Assembly: GCA_023269615.1 (NCBI GenBank)
Contig: JAHFSY010000003.1
Location: 87,665-151,664 of the forward strand
Length of the DNA stretch: 64,000 nt
From: Verrucomicrobiota bacterium
GTDB taxonomy: Bacteria > Verrucomicrobiota > Verrucomicrobiia > JABWAM01
Reading direction: 5' to 3'
Position 1 is the first letter of the stretch. Every line of letters begins with the position of its first letter. The translations under genes were made by a program, and so were the position numbers. Below, piece by piece: positions 27,659 to 36,671 of the stretch. The notes under the pieces were generated by a model that was not told the origin of the DNA, did no database searches, and saw only the letters and a program-made list of their open reading frames with translations.

Positions 27659-28621
27659 ATGAAACACCAACCCGACATGAAAACGCTGCTCCACTGGCAT
27701 GAGCAGATGTGGACCATCCGTTATTTCGAGGACAACGCCATCAGCAGTTTCCGCAAGGGGCACTTCACCGGAAGCACTCATCCGTGCATTGGCCAGGAGG
27801 CGATCGCCGTCGGAGCCGGCGCGGCTTTGAAGCCGACCGACCAGGTGCTTGCAACTTATCGCGGTCATGGTCATGCGCTTGCGCGAGGGCTGGATCCCAA
27901 GCGCCTCATGGCCGAGCTTCTTTGCAAGGAGACCGGTTGCAGCGGGGGGCGTGGAGGATCGATGCACCTGTGTGACGTGAGCAAGGATTTCTGGGGGACG
28001 AATGCCGTGGTGGCCGCGCACATTCCCATCGCGGGCGGCGTGGCGCTTTCCAACAAGCTGAAGAAAAACGGACGCGTGACAGCCGTCTTCTTTGGCGACG
28101 GCGCCACGTGCGAAGGGGCGTTCTTTGAGACGCTGAACATGGCGACGCTCTGGAAGGTGCCGCTGGTGTTTGTATGCGAGAACAACGGGTTTGCGATTTC
28201 CGTGCCGACGCACATGGCGATCCCGATCGAAAACATCGCACAGCGCGCGCAGGGATTTGGCCTGCCCGGGGTGACGGTGGATGGAAATGATCCTCGTCAC
28301 GTTCACGAAGCCGTGAGCGCCGCCGCGGAACATGCGCGTCGAGGCGGTGGGCCGACGCTGGTGGAATGCAAGACCACGCGATGGGAGCGGCACAGCGCGA
28401 TCTCGGCGGGCAAGTACGAAAACGAGGATGAGGCGATGAAGTGGAAGAAGGTGGATCCCATTCCCCGCTTTGAAAAATTCCTGAAGGATCATGGCGTCAA
28501 GGCCGCGAAGCTCGATGAACAGCGCGAGCGCGCAAAAAAGCTGAACGACGAGGCGTTGGAGTTTGCGATGAAGAGCGACCACCCCAAGACGGAAACAGCC
28601 GGCGATTTTGTGTTTGCATGA
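27659..28621 (+). CDS. 2-oxoacid (pyruvate/acetoin-type) dehydrogenase E1 component alpha subunit (TPP-binding)
   Basis: TPP motif 'VFFGDGATCEGAFFETLNMA...VCENNGFA' and 'YRGHGHA'. Confidence 0.85.
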   Translation: MKHQPDMKTLLHWHEQMWTIRYFEDNAISSFRKGHFTGSTHPCIGQEAIAVGAGAALKPTDQVLATYRGHGHALARGLDPKRLMAELLCKETGCSGGRGGSMHLCDVSKDFWGTNAVVAAHIPIAGGVALSNKLKKNGRVTAVFFGDGATCEGAFFETLNMATLWKVPLVFVCENNGFAISVPTHMAIPIENIAQRAQGFGLPGVTVDGNDPRHVHEAVSAAAEHARRGGGPTLVECKTTRWERHSAISAGKYENEDEAMKWKKVDPIPRFEKFLKDHGVKAAKLDEQRERAKKLNDEALEFAMKSDHPKTETAGDFVFA

Positions 28622-29460
28622 AAACCATCCGGTTCGACCAGATTCGCGACGCGATCGCCGGGTTGTGCCAACGGGCCAACTTCGAGCTGACTGCGGACAT
28701 GCGGGCCGCGCTGCAGGCGGGTGTCGAGCGGGAAACAAGCCCGTTGGCGCAAAATACGTTGAAGAGGATCCTGCAGAACGCCGACATCGCGAAGGAGCGT
28801 TCCCTGCCCATGTGCCAGGACACGGGGCTCGTCATCGTGTTTGTCGACGTGGGGCAGGACGTTCATATCGAGGGGGGCACGCTGCGCGACGCGATCAACG
28901 AGGGGGTGCGCCACGGATACAAGGAAGGTTTTCTACGCGCGTCGGTGACGGGCGACCCGATCCAGCGCAAGAACACGGGAGACAACACGCCCGCCGTACT
29001 CCACACGGAAATTGTTCCGGGGGATGCATTGCGTCTCCAACTTCTTGCAAAGGGCGGAGGCTGTGAAAACATGAGCCGCTTCAAGATGCTGACGCCGGCT
29101 GACGGGCGCGATGGAATCGTAAATTTCGTTGTTGAAACCGCAAAGCTTGCCGGCCCGAACGCGTGTCCGCCGATTGTGGTGGGCGTAGGCATCGGTGGAT
29201 CGTTCGAGTATTCCGCTGTGCTGGCGAAGAAATCATTGCTGCGCAAGATCGGCGAACGCAGCGCGCTCCAGCACGTGGCGGAACTGGAGGCGGACATTTT
29301 GAAAAAGGTGAATGAAAGCGGGATTGGGCCGCAGGGTTACGGCGGAAAGACCACCTCATTGGCCGTGCAGATCGAGGTGGCGGCGTGCCACGTGGCGAGC
29401 CTGCCGGTGAGCGTCAACATCGAGTGTCATGCGCATCGTCACCAGGAAGTGACGCTGTAA
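28618..29460 (+). CDS. Fe-S hydro-lyase alpha subunit (class I fumarate hydratase / L(+)-tartrate dehydratase TtdA family)
   Basis: 'MCQDTGLVIVF', 'NACPPIVVGVGIGG' and 'IGPQGYGG' blocks shared with TtdA/FumA N-terminal domains. Confidence 0.85.
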   Translation: MKTIRFDQIRDAIAGLCQRANFELTADMRAALQAGVERETSPLAQNTLKRILQNADIAKERSLPMCQDTGLVIVFVDVGQDVHIEGGTLRDAINEGVRHGYKEGFLRASVTGDPIQRKNTGDNTPAVLHTEIVPGDALRLQLLAKGGGCENMSRFKMLTPADGRDGIVNFVVETAKLAGPNACPPIVVGVGIGGSFEYSAVLAKKSLLRKIGERSALQHVAELEADILKKVNESGIGPQGYGGKTTSLAVQIEVAACHVASLPVSVNIECHAHRHQEVTL

Positions 29461-29495
29461 ATGAAGAATGAAGAATGCAAAATGAAGAAAACGGA
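29461..29495. repeat. GAATGAA/AATGCAG repeat, copy R6, at the hydro-lyase alpha/beta junction
   Basis: 'atgaagaatgaagaatgcaaaatgaagaaaacg'. Confidence 0.55.
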
Positions 29496-30045
29496 AATTA
29501 ATTTGCCGCTGGCGGTTGATGTCGCGAAGGCGTTACGGATAGGCGATGAGGTTGAGTTAAACGGGTATGTTTATACCGGGCGGGACCAGGCTTGCGCGCG
29601 GATGTTTGAAATGCTCCAGGGCGGCGAAAAACTACCGATCGAACTGGAGGGGCAGTTGATTTATTTTGTCGGGCCGTCGCCTGCGAAGCCGGGGGAAGTG
29701 GTTGGATCTGCCGGGCCGACCACGAGCGGGCGCATGAATCCGTTCCTGCCGAAATTTCTGGGCCTCGGGCTGCGCGGATTCATCGGCAAGGGATATCTCT
29801 CGCAGGAGGTGAAGGACGCGCTGGTGAAACATGGCGGCGTTTATTTTGGCGCGATTGGAGGCACGGGCGCGCTGCTGTCTGAATGCATTGAATCGGTCGA
29901 GGTGATCGCATTCCCCGAGCTGCTCAGCGAGGCAATCCATCGGATGAAATTCAAAAGGTTTCCCGCCGTGGTGTTGAATGACGCCAGCGGCGGAGATCTG
30001 TATGCACAGGCGATGAAGTCGGAACAAACAACAGAAAATCCATGA
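29482..30045 (+). CDS. Fe-S hydro-lyase beta subunit (class I fumarate hydratase C-terminal / TtdB family)
   Basis: 'GPTTSGRMNPF' and 'GKGYLSQEV' match TtdB/FumA C-terminal domain blocks. Confidence 0.8.
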   Translation: MKKTEINLPLAVDVAKALRIGDEVELNGYVYTGRDQACARMFEMLQGGEKLPIELEGQLIYFVGPSPAKPGEVVGSAGPTTSGRMNPFLPKFLGLGLRGFIGKGYLSQEVKDALVKHGGVYFGAIGGTGALLSECIESVEVIAFPELLSEAIHRMKFKRFPAVVLNDASGGDLYAQAMKSEQTTENP

Positions 30046-30055
30046 AAGGACCAAA

Positions 30056-30373
30056 ATGAAATCAATCGGACTGGTATTGAAATTGCGGCCGGGTTGTTAT
30101 GACGAGTACAAGAAAAGGCACGACGAACTCTGGCCCGAGATGGACGTGGCGTTGAAGTCGTTTGGCATCAGCATGGTGATCTATCGGCACGAAGACCTTC
30201 TGTTTGTCCACGAGACGGCGCCCTCCGAGGAGTCGTTCAAGAAGATGGGCGCGCACGCCATCACCCCGCGCTGGAACAAGCACATGGCCGAGGTGTTGCA
30301 GACGAACGAGAAGGGCGAGCTCATCTTCATCATCTCGCCGCTGGCGTTTGCGTTCGGGGTGTTCAAGGAATAG
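30056..30373 (+). CDS. rhaM: L-rhamnose mutarotase (RhaM/YiiL family)
   Basis: 105 aa. 'YKKRHDELWPEMDVALKSFG' closely parallels the RhaM block '[20 protein letters not shown]'. Confidence 0.7.
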   Translation: MKSIGLVLKLRPGCYDEYKKRHDELWPEMDVALKSFGISMVIYRHEDLLFVHETAPSEESFKKMGAHAITPRWNKHMAEVLQTNEKGELIFIISPLAFAFGVFKE

Positions 30374-30395
30374 GCGCTTCCGCGAATTCATCCAC

Positions 30396-31544
30396 ATGAA
30401 AATCAAACACATCGAGGCGATTCCACTGGTCCGCAAGCTGGAGAGCATTTTCCAGGGCGGCACCTACAAGATCACGAGCCGCAATACCATCGTCACTCGC
30501 GTGGAGCTTGACAACGGCGTCATCGGCGAAACCTTTGGCGGTGACGAGGACCAGTACCAGTTTGACGTCTGCCGGATCGTGAACGACATCTTCGCTCCCC
30601 AGCTCATTGGCAGCGACGCGCGCGACGTGGAAGCACACTGGGAGCGTATGTGGGCGACGAACATTGACCTGAACAACCGCGGCATTCACTCGCTGGATGT
30701 CGCGAAGCATTGCGTCCACGCCCAGGCGATCGCGGCGGTGGACATCGTGTTGTGGGACGCTCTTGGAAAATCGCTGAAGCAGCCGGTTTACAAATTGCTC
30801 GGTGGTTTCCGTGATCGCGTTCCCGTGATCGCGATCGGCGGCTACGTGATGAAGGGGAAGACGCTGGCCGACCTGGGACCGGAGATCGAGTATTACAAGG
30901 AGCAGCAGATTTTCGGGATGAAATTGAAAGTCGGCAAACTTTCCGTGGAGGAGGACATCGAGCGGACGCGGCTGGCGCGCAAGGTGGGCGGTCCGAAGTT
31001 TCATCTTTGCACTGATTCGAATCAGTCGTGGGTGGTGTCCGACGCGATGAAATTTGCGCGCGGGGTGCAGGATTTGAATCTCGCATGGCTCGAGGAGCCC
31101 GTGCGCTGGCACGACCAGATCGAGGGCAACGCGCGTGTGCGCACGCTGGGCATTCCCGTCAATGCGGGCCAGGGCGAATGTTCGCGACACGGCTGCCGCG
31201 AACTCGTGGTGCGCGGCGCGGTGGACATCCTGAACGTGGACGCGACGATTGCGGCGGGGGTGACGGAGTGGAGGCGCGTCGCCGGGATGGCGCATTGTTT
31301 CGGCGTGGGCATGGCACATCACGAAGAACCGCAAGTCGCATTGCATCTGCTTGCCGGCGTGGCGAATGGATTGTGCGTGGAGATTTTTCCGAACTACCAA
31401 CGAGACCCGATGTGGTTTGATCTCCCAGCGAAACAGCCCACAGTCAAGGATGGCTTCATGCATCTGCCGGACGCCGCTGGTTTCGGCTTTCCGCTCCGCG
31501 CCGACACGATCCAGCAATGGCGCCAGGCGGTTCCAAAAAGCTGA
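30396..31544 (+). CDS. Enolase-superfamily dehydratase/racemase (MR/MLE family), second copy
   Basis: MR/MLE capping domain plus a barrel ('KLKVG', 'WLEEP', 'ILNVD'). Confidence 0.8.
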   Translation: MKIKHIEAIPLVRKLESIFQGGTYKITSRNTIVTRVELDNGVIGETFGGDEDQYQFDVCRIVNDIFAPQLIGSDARDVEAHWERMWATNIDLNNRGIHSLDVAKHCVHAQAIAAVDIVLWDALGKSLKQPVYKLLGGFRDRVPVIAIGGYVMKGKTLADLGPEIEYYKEQQIFGMKLKVGKLSVEEDIERTRLARKVGGPKFHLCTDSNQSWVVSDAMKFARGVQDLNLAWLEEPVRWHDQIEGNARVRTLGIPVNAGQGECSRHGCRELVVRGAVDILNVDATIAAGVTEWRRVAGMAHCFGVGMAHHEEPQVALHLLAGVANGLCVEIFPNYQRDPMWFDLPAKQPTVKDGFMHLPDAAGFGFPLRADTIQQWRQAVPKS

Positions 31545-31559
31545 GCGGCGGCAAACCAG

Positions 31560-32162
31560 ATGAAAACATGCCAGGAAATTATTGTGCCGCCGAGGTCGGG
31601 CAGGGCTTTCACTGTGCGTGCTGGCCAGACTGTGCGGATTGTGGATCTCGAGGGCAGGCAGCCGGGGGACCTTGTTGTCTTCAAGGCTGACGATCTTGCC
31701 GTCAAGATGTCGCAGGCGCGGACGCGGGTGGAGAGCCGCAAGGTTGCCGCGACGCAGGGGGACAGCCTGTGGACGAACACGTTCCCTCCCGAGGTCATGT
31801 TGACGATTGTCGGCGACACGCACGGCTCACACGACCTGCTGTATCCTCCGTGTTGCCGGTATGCATTGGAGAAGAGATTCGGGGTTTCGCGTGACGGATG
31901 CCTTGAGAACCTGGCGAAAGCTCTGGAAGCCTGGGGTGTGAAACCGCACGAAATCCCCGACCCACTGAATCTATTTTTTTCTGTTTCCGTGGACGATGTG
32001 GGTGGCATGAAGGTCTGTGAGCCGATGTCCAAAGCAGGAAGTTCGATTGATTTGCAGGCCAAAATGGATTGCATCGTGGCGGTTGCAACGTGCTCCGTTC
32101 CATTCCCCGCCAAGGAGCACACGGGATATCGCATCACGATTGGCGAGACATCATCGCTGTGA
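31560..32162 (+). CDS. DUF1989 (urea-carboxylase-associated) family protein
   Basis: 200 aa. 'RSGRAFTVRAGQTVRIVDLEGRQPGDLVVF' is the typical DUF1989 N-terminal block. Confidence 0.55.
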   Translation: MKTCQEIIVPPRSGRAFTVRAGQTVRIVDLEGRQPGDLVVFKADDLAVKMSQARTRVESRKVAATQGDSLWTNTFPPEVMLTIVGDTHGSHDLLYPPCCRYALEKRFGVSRDGCLENLAKALEAWGVKPHEIPDPLNLFFSVSVDDVGGMKVCEPMSKAGSSIDLQAKMDCIVAVATCSVPFPAKEHTGYRITIGETSSL

Positions 32163-32173
32163 GTCAGCGTCCG

Positions 32174-32956
32174 TCATCTCTCAATTTTCCGGATCGCGTC
32201 CGCGTCGCCCTTTGCCAGCCTGGCTTTGAGAAAATCGCCTTGTTGTGGCATTTCGAGGTGAAGGTTGGCGGTGTGATCCACCGCGATCTTCACGCCGTGC
32301 ATGCTGAAGGACGTCACGTGCCCGCCCCGGCTCTTGTCCTCGGATAGAAAATGGAGATGGTAACCCGGGACATTGATTCCCTGGGTGTAATCGGGGAACC
32401 GGAATCCGACCATGGTTCCCTTGATGTTTTTGAACTCGAAGAGAGACTGCTCCTCCACGACTTCCAGAAGGGGGCGGTACGGCTTTTTTTGTTTTGGAAC
32501 GCTGCGCGCCTTGATCAGGTCGAAGTGGCCTTCAACCTTCACCGAGTAAAAAAGATTGGTCGAGGGCACGACCTTGTCCAGCTGGCGGCCAAACTCCTCG
32601 TAGCTCATGGGCGTCGCCACGGACAGGTGCGCCTCGGGCTTGAAGAATGTGACGAGCGCGAAGGGTGTCTTTTGTTGTGGCTTCACCGCGTTTGCCTTGC
32701 CGGAGGAAAGGATCTGGTAAAAATTACCGTCGAAGGCGATCATCTCCCCGTCGAGCGCGTTGAACGTGCCGAGGCCGAAATCGCCGTGGGCGGCCAGTTC
32801 GCGATAGGAAAGGTTCCCGTCATAGATTCCTTTCAGCAGGGAGTTCAGGAGCGAGCTCTGGAAGATTTCGTGTCCCTTGTCTGCCTCGGCATGGAGGCGG
32901 GTGTGTTCGTGGCGATGCGAGTGCAGCGCCCGGATGAATTTTGTTTCGACGCTCAT
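32174..32956 (-). CDS. budA: Alpha-acetolactate decarboxylase
   Basis: 'GLGTFNALDGEMIAFDGNFYQ', 'GTMVGFRFPDY' and 'GYHLHFLSEDK' are ALDC conserved blocks. Confidence 0.7.
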   Translation of the reverse strand: MSVETKFIRALHSHRHEHTRLHAEADKGHEIFQSSLLNSLLKGIYDGNLSYRELAAHGDFGLGTFNALDGEMIAFDGNFYQILSSGKANAVKPQQKTPFALVTFFKPEAHLSVATPMSYEEFGRQLDKVVPSTNLFYSVKVEGHFDLIKARSVPKQKKPYRPLLEVVEEQSLFEFKNIKGTMVGFRFPDYTQGINVPGYHLHFLSEDKSRGGHVTSFSMHGVKIAVDHTANLHLEMPQQGDFLKARLAKGDADAIRKIER

Positions 32957-33004
32957 GGAGGGGCAATGATAGGGGGGATTGACCGTGGATTCCACAGATT
33001 TTCA

Positions 33005-33075
33005 TGTAGCCGCGTTCGCCAGAACGCGGATCCCTGGGCAAAAGCAGAAACCACGCTCTGGCGAGCGTGGCTACA
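33005..33075. repeat. REP-like palindromic element (TGTAGCCGCGTTCGCCAGAACGCGGATCC arms), copy B
   Basis: The two arms are reverse complements of each other, separated by a 17-nt spacer. Located upstream of fumC. Confidence 0.55.
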
Positions 33076-33156
33076 GGGCATCTGGCAGCCTGAAAGATTT
33101 CTTGGTGTCGCGGCGTTCTGATGCTTCAATTCTTTCCCGTAAATTCCATTTCAATC

Positions 33157-34569
33157 ATGAAAACGACCCCCACTTCCGCAAAACAAACCACACGAACCGA
33201 GAGCGACAGCATGGGCACGATTGAAGTGTCCACGAGTGTCTACTGGGGCGCGCAGACCGAGCGCTCGCTGCTGCATTTTGACATTGGACGCGACGTGATG
33301 CCGCCGGAGCTGATTCGTGCGCTTGGGATTTTGAAAAAGGCCGCGGCGCTGGTGAACCGCGACCTCGGCAAGTTACCGGAGGACAAGACGCGGCTCATCG
33401 CACAGGCTGCTGATGAAGTCATTGCCGGCAAGCTCGACGACCAGTTTCCGCTGCGCATCTGGCAGACGGGCAGCGGCACGCAGACCAACATGAATGCGAA
33501 CGAGGTGATTTCCAACCGCGCCATCTCGATCGCAGGTGGGGAGATGGGTTCCAAGAAACCCATTCATCCCAATGACCACGTGAACATGTCGCAGTCATCG
33601 AACGACACATTTCCCACGGCGATGCACATTGCGGCGGCCGAGCGCATGCACAACGACCTGATTCCCGCGATCCAGGGTGTCGCGGACGCGATCAATGCCA
33701 AGGCAAAGGAGTTTGCAGACGTGGTGAAGATTGGACGGACCCATCTGCAGGATGCGACACCGGTCACGGTGGGGCAGGAGATGTCCGGCTGGGCAAACAT
33801 GCTGGAGCGGGACATCGTGCGTTTGAAGCTGGGGCTTGACGGCATTTACGACCTGGCGATCGGGGGCACGGCGGTGGGGACCGGCCTGAACGCGCATCCG
33901 GAATTCGCGCAACGCGCGGCCGCGAAGATCGCGGAGTTGACGGGACTGCCGTTCCGGTCACACCCCAACAAATTCACGGCGCTGTCGGCGCACGATGAAC
34001 TGGTGTTTGCGCATGGGGCGATCAACACGCTGGCGGGATCGCTGATGAAGATTGCGAATGACATCCGCTGGCTGGCGTCCGGTCCGCGTTGCGGGCTGGG
34101 AGAGCTGAACATTCCGGAGAACGAACCGGGCTCCTCGATCATGCCGGGCAAGGTGAATCCCACCCAGTGCGAGGCGATGACGATGGTCGCCGTGCAGGTG
34201 CATGGAAACAACGCGGCCATTTCATTTGGCGGGTCGCAGGGGAACTTCGAGTTGAACGTGTACAAGCCGGTGATGATCCACAACTTCCTGCATTCGGTCA
34301 CCCTGATCCACGACGCGTGCCATGGCTTTGTGGATTACATGATCAAGGGCATCACGCTGAACCGCGCCCGCATTGACGCTTCGGTGAAAAACTCGCTGAT
34401 GCTCGTGACGGCGTTGAATCCGCATATTGGGTATGACAAATCCGCCAAGATCGCGCACACCGCTTTTGTGGATGACAGCAGCCTGCGCGAAGCGTGCGTG
34501 AAGCTGGGATTCCTGAGCGGTGAGGATTTCGACAAGTTTGTGAAACCGGAGCAGATGACGCATCCGTGA
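33157..34569 (+). CDS. fumC: Class II fumarate hydratase (aspartase/fumarase superfamily)
   Basis: '[20 protein letters not shown]' signature and N-terminal '[18 protein letters not shown]'. Confidence 0.85.
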   Translation: MKTTPTSAKQTTRTESDSMGTIEVSTSVYWGAQTERSLLHFDIGRDVMPPELIRALGILKKAAALVNRDLGKLPEDKTRLIAQAADEVIAGKLDDQFPLRIWQTGSGTQTNMNANEVISNRAISIAGGEMGSKKPIHPNDHVNMSQSSNDTFPTAMHIAAAERMHNDLIPAIQGVADAINAKAKEFADVVKIGRTHLQDATPVTVGQEMSGWANMLERDIVRLKLGLDGIYDLAIGGTAVGTGLNAHPEFAQRAAAKIAELTGLPFRSHPNKFTALSAHDELVFAHGAINTLAGSLMKIANDIRWLASGPRCGLGELNIPENEPGSSIMPGKVNPTQCEAMTMVAVQVHGNNAAISFGGSQGNFELNVYKPVMIHNFLHSVTLIHDACHGFVDYMIKGITLNRARIDASVKNSLMLVTALNPHIGYDKSAKIAHTAFVDDSSLREACVKLGFLSGEDFDKFVKPEQMTHP

Positions 34570-34574
34570 GTGAT

Positions 34575-34637
34575 TGTAGCCGCGTTCGCAAGAACGCGGA
34601 TCCGGAGGGGAACCACGCTCTGGCGAGCGCGGCTACA
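34575..34637. repeat. REP-like palindromic element, copy C
   Basis: 'tgtagccgcgttcgcaagaacgcggatcc...ccacgctctggcgagcgcggctaca', immediately downstream of the fumC stop. Confidence 0.55.
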
Positions 34638-34701
34638 TGACTGAATGCCGGATTGCGGTTGTTTTTGGCGGCTGATTTGGTTTAGCTAAAATTCTGTTTT
34701 T

Positions 34702-35832
34702 ATGAAATATCGAATCAGCTTTGGTCATATCGAGATCGGCAGGACGGCGCGGAAATACCTGGGCGAGGCGATCCAGCGTCACTGGGTTTCCGAGGGGCGC
34801 AATGTGCGGCGGTTCGAGGCCGGGTTCGCCAGGAAATTTGGCTATAAGCACTGCGAGGCGACCAGTTCGGGGACGGACGCCGGCATCGTTGCCTTTGCGG
34901 CGCTATACGACCGCGGCGCAAAGCGCGGGGATGAGGTTATTACTCCCGCTCTCGCATTTGTCGCCACGGCCAACTGCATCCTCGCAGCCGGGCTCAAGCC
35001 AAGATTTGTGGACGTGGAGCTCGGTACACTCAACATCGATCCCGCGAAAATCGAGGAGGCGATCACGCCGCGCACGCGTGCGATCCAGGTGGTGCACACG
35101 ATGGGGCGTCCATGCAAGATGGGGTCGATCCTCAAGATTGCCCGGAAGCACAAGCTTGCCGTGATCGAGGATTGTTGCGAGGCGCATGGCGCGACGCTCA
35201 ACGGCAAGGTGATCGGCTCGTTTGGACTCGCGGGGCTTTTCAGTTTTTACGCCGCCCACATGATTTGCAGTGGCGAGGGCGGGATGATTTCGACCAGCGA
35301 CGCGGGTTTTGCGGCGCTATGCCGTTCGGTGCGCAGTCACGGCCGACGGGGCGGCCAGCTCTACTTTGCGTTCGACCGCATCGGCTTCAATTCCAAAATG
35401 AACGACCTCGAGGCGGCTGTCGGGCTCGAGGGGCTGTCGATGTTCGACTGGACTTTCAGCACCCGGCGCAAATACCTGGCGCGTCTTCACAAACTGCTCG
35501 CCCCACTCGAGGACCGGCTCATCTTGTATCGTGACGGGCCCGGCGAAGTGATCTGTCCCCACGCGTATCCCATCGTGATGCGCGACCCGAAGAAATCCAT
35601 GGACGAACTTTACCAGCTACTCGAAAGCAAGGGGGTGCAGTGCAAGACGCTTTTCGGAAGCCTTCCCACGCAACACCGGGCGTTTGACTTCATGAAGATC
35701 CGCAAGGGCAGCTTCCCGGTCTCGGAGCGGATCGGCCGCACAGGGCTCCATTTTGGGGTTCACCAATACCTCAAGGAAAAGGATCTCGAGTTCGTGGCCG
35801 GCATCATCAAGTCCTACTTCAGAAGAAAATAG
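34702..35832 (+). CDS. DegT/DnrJ/EryC1/StrS-family PLP-dependent sugar aminotransferase
   Basis: Consistent with the 'DAGIVAF', 'VIEDCCEAHGA' and 'SFYAAHMICSGEGGMI' (PLP-Lys replaced in the dehydratase subfamily) blocks. Confidence 0.8.
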   Translation: MKYRISFGHIEIGRTARKYLGEAIQRHWVSEGRNVRRFEAGFARKFGYKHCEATSSGTDAGIVAFAALYDRGAKRGDEVITPALAFVATANCILAAGLKPRFVDVELGTLNIDPAKIEEAITPRTRAIQVVHTMGRPCKMGSILKIARKHKLAVIEDCCEAHGATLNGKVIGSFGLAGLFSFYAAHMICSGEGGMISTSDAGFAALCRSVRSHGRRGGQLYFAFDRIGFNSKMNDLEAAVGLEGLSMFDWTFSTRRKYLARLHKLLAPLEDRLILYRDGPGEVICPHAYPIVMRDPKKSMDELYQLLESKGVQCKTLFGSLPTQHRAFDFMKIRKGSFPVSERIGRTGLHFGVHQYLKEKDLEFVAGIIKSYFRRK

Positions 35833-35860
35833 CTTTGCTTTTCGTCCAGCCATTGCCGCC

Positions 35861-36661
35861 ATGAAATCCGCCCAGATTCTCAAGCAGAAAATCCAGGGCA
35901 ACACCCTCACGACTGGTCTTCTCGCCACGTTTCATCTCTGGCCCGGGCTCGTCGAGATGGCGATGGATGCCGGCCTCGACTACCTGATCGTGGACCTGGA
36001 GCATGTGACGTTTGGCGATGAGCTTGTGATCCAATGTTGTTCGTTGGGGAGGTTGATGAATTTTCCGGTCCTGATCCGCCCACCCAACACGAACGCGGAC
36101 ACGGTCCGCCTGCTCATGGACAAGGGACCTTGCGGCATGCTGCTTCCCAGCATTCACACGGTGGAGATGCTCAACACGGTCCAGGAGGGCGTGTACATGC
36201 CGCCGCGCGGACGGCGCCGGCCCGGCGGCCACGGCAACAAATGGGTGAAGGATGTGAATTATGCGACGTGGAAGCGCGAGGTGGAGGATGATCTCATCAT
36301 GCTTCCGCAAATCGAGACCCAGCAGGGCGTGAAGAATGCGGAGGCGATCGCGGCGCATCCGTTGACCACGGCCATCGCGATCGGCCCGTACGATTTATCA
36401 GCGGACATCGGTTGCTGCTGGGAACCGCAGAATTCCACGTTGCTGGGCTCCATCGAGAAGATTCGCGAGGCGGGCCGCAAGGCGGGCAAGAACATGTGGA
36501 TGATCGGTGACGGCCCCACGCTCGTGCAGCGAGGTTTCACATTCCTGTGCATCACCGAGGCTGCGATGTTCCTGCAGGCGTCGCTCACCAACCTGGTGAA
36601 GCAGGTCAAAGGCGGCGGAACTGCGACGACAGCCGCAACGCCCGACAAACCGTTGCCTTGA
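35861..36661 (+). CDS. HpcH/HpaI-family aldolase (2-keto-3-deoxy-sugar-acid aldolase-like)
   Basis: 'LDYLIVDLEHV', 'VLIRPP' and 'LPQIETQQGVKNAEAIAA' blocks of the HpcH/HpaI/RhmA fold. Confidence 0.75.
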   Translation: MKSAQILKQKIQGNTLTTGLLATFHLWPGLVEMAMDAGLDYLIVDLEHVTFGDELVIQCCSLGRLMNFPVLIRPPNTNADTVRLLMDKGPCGMLLPSIHTVEMLNTVQEGVYMPPRGRRRPGGHGNKWVKDVNYATWKREVEDDLIMLPQIETQQGVKNAEAIAAHPLTTAIAIGPYDLSADIGCCWEPQNSTLLGSIEKIREAGRKAGKNMWMIGDGPTLVQRGFTFLCITEAAMFLQASLTNLVKQVKGGGTATTAATPDKPLP

Positions 36662-36671
36662 TTTTCAAAAC

